In this document: positions 63,966 to 64,000 of the stretch, one piece after another
Numbering within the stretch: the first letter of the stretch is position 1
Layout of the letters: every line of letters begins with the position of its first letter
Source: a virus
Lineage: Duplodnaviria; Caudoviricetes
Direction: 5' to 3' (one strand)
DNA: 64,000 nt
IMG/VR virus record: IMGVR_UViG_3300013800_000006
Location: 11,926-75,925 of that record
Notes under the pieces: model-generated
Told to the model about the DNA's origin: nothing
The model's input: only the letters and a program-made list of their open reading frames with translations
The model's database searches: none
Made by a program: the position numbers and the translations under genes

Positions 63966-64000
63966 GTTATGACTCCCGCGTTGTAATTATATACATTATA

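Noticed and set aside
1-64000. tRNA or rRNA genes
   Set aside because: No cloverleaf with a T-loop GTTC signature or rRNA-like segment was recognised by eye; a tRNAscan-SE/ARAGORN run would be needed to exclude them.

Overview
A 64 kb segment of a tailed dsDNA phage with an HK97-type head and a very long, probably non-contractile tail. The host is probably Gram-negative, inferred from spanin-like genes and sigma70-type promoters. Positions 1-33.8 kb (minus strand) hold the tail and head module (3367-aa tape measure protein, -1 frameshifted tail chaperone, intein-containing terminase), a class II ribonucleotide reductase broken by a split intein plus two further inteins, dUTPase, an SbcC-like ATPase, a primase and queE/queD. 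Positions 34.5-57 kb are a mostly plus-strand accessory region. It contains five copies of a ~78-bp covarying three-hairpin element that separates single-gene cassettes, a second 3-copy intergenic repeat, two tandem paralogue families and an HNH nuclease. Positions 57-64 kb (minus strand) hold a holin/spanin-like cassette and a Ski2/Hel308-like helicase encoded in three pieces in permuted order. Two of the pieces are joined by a second split intein, and the Walker A piece lies downstream as a separate gene fused to a zinc ribbon. All assignments are from motif recognition by eye; no database searches were run.
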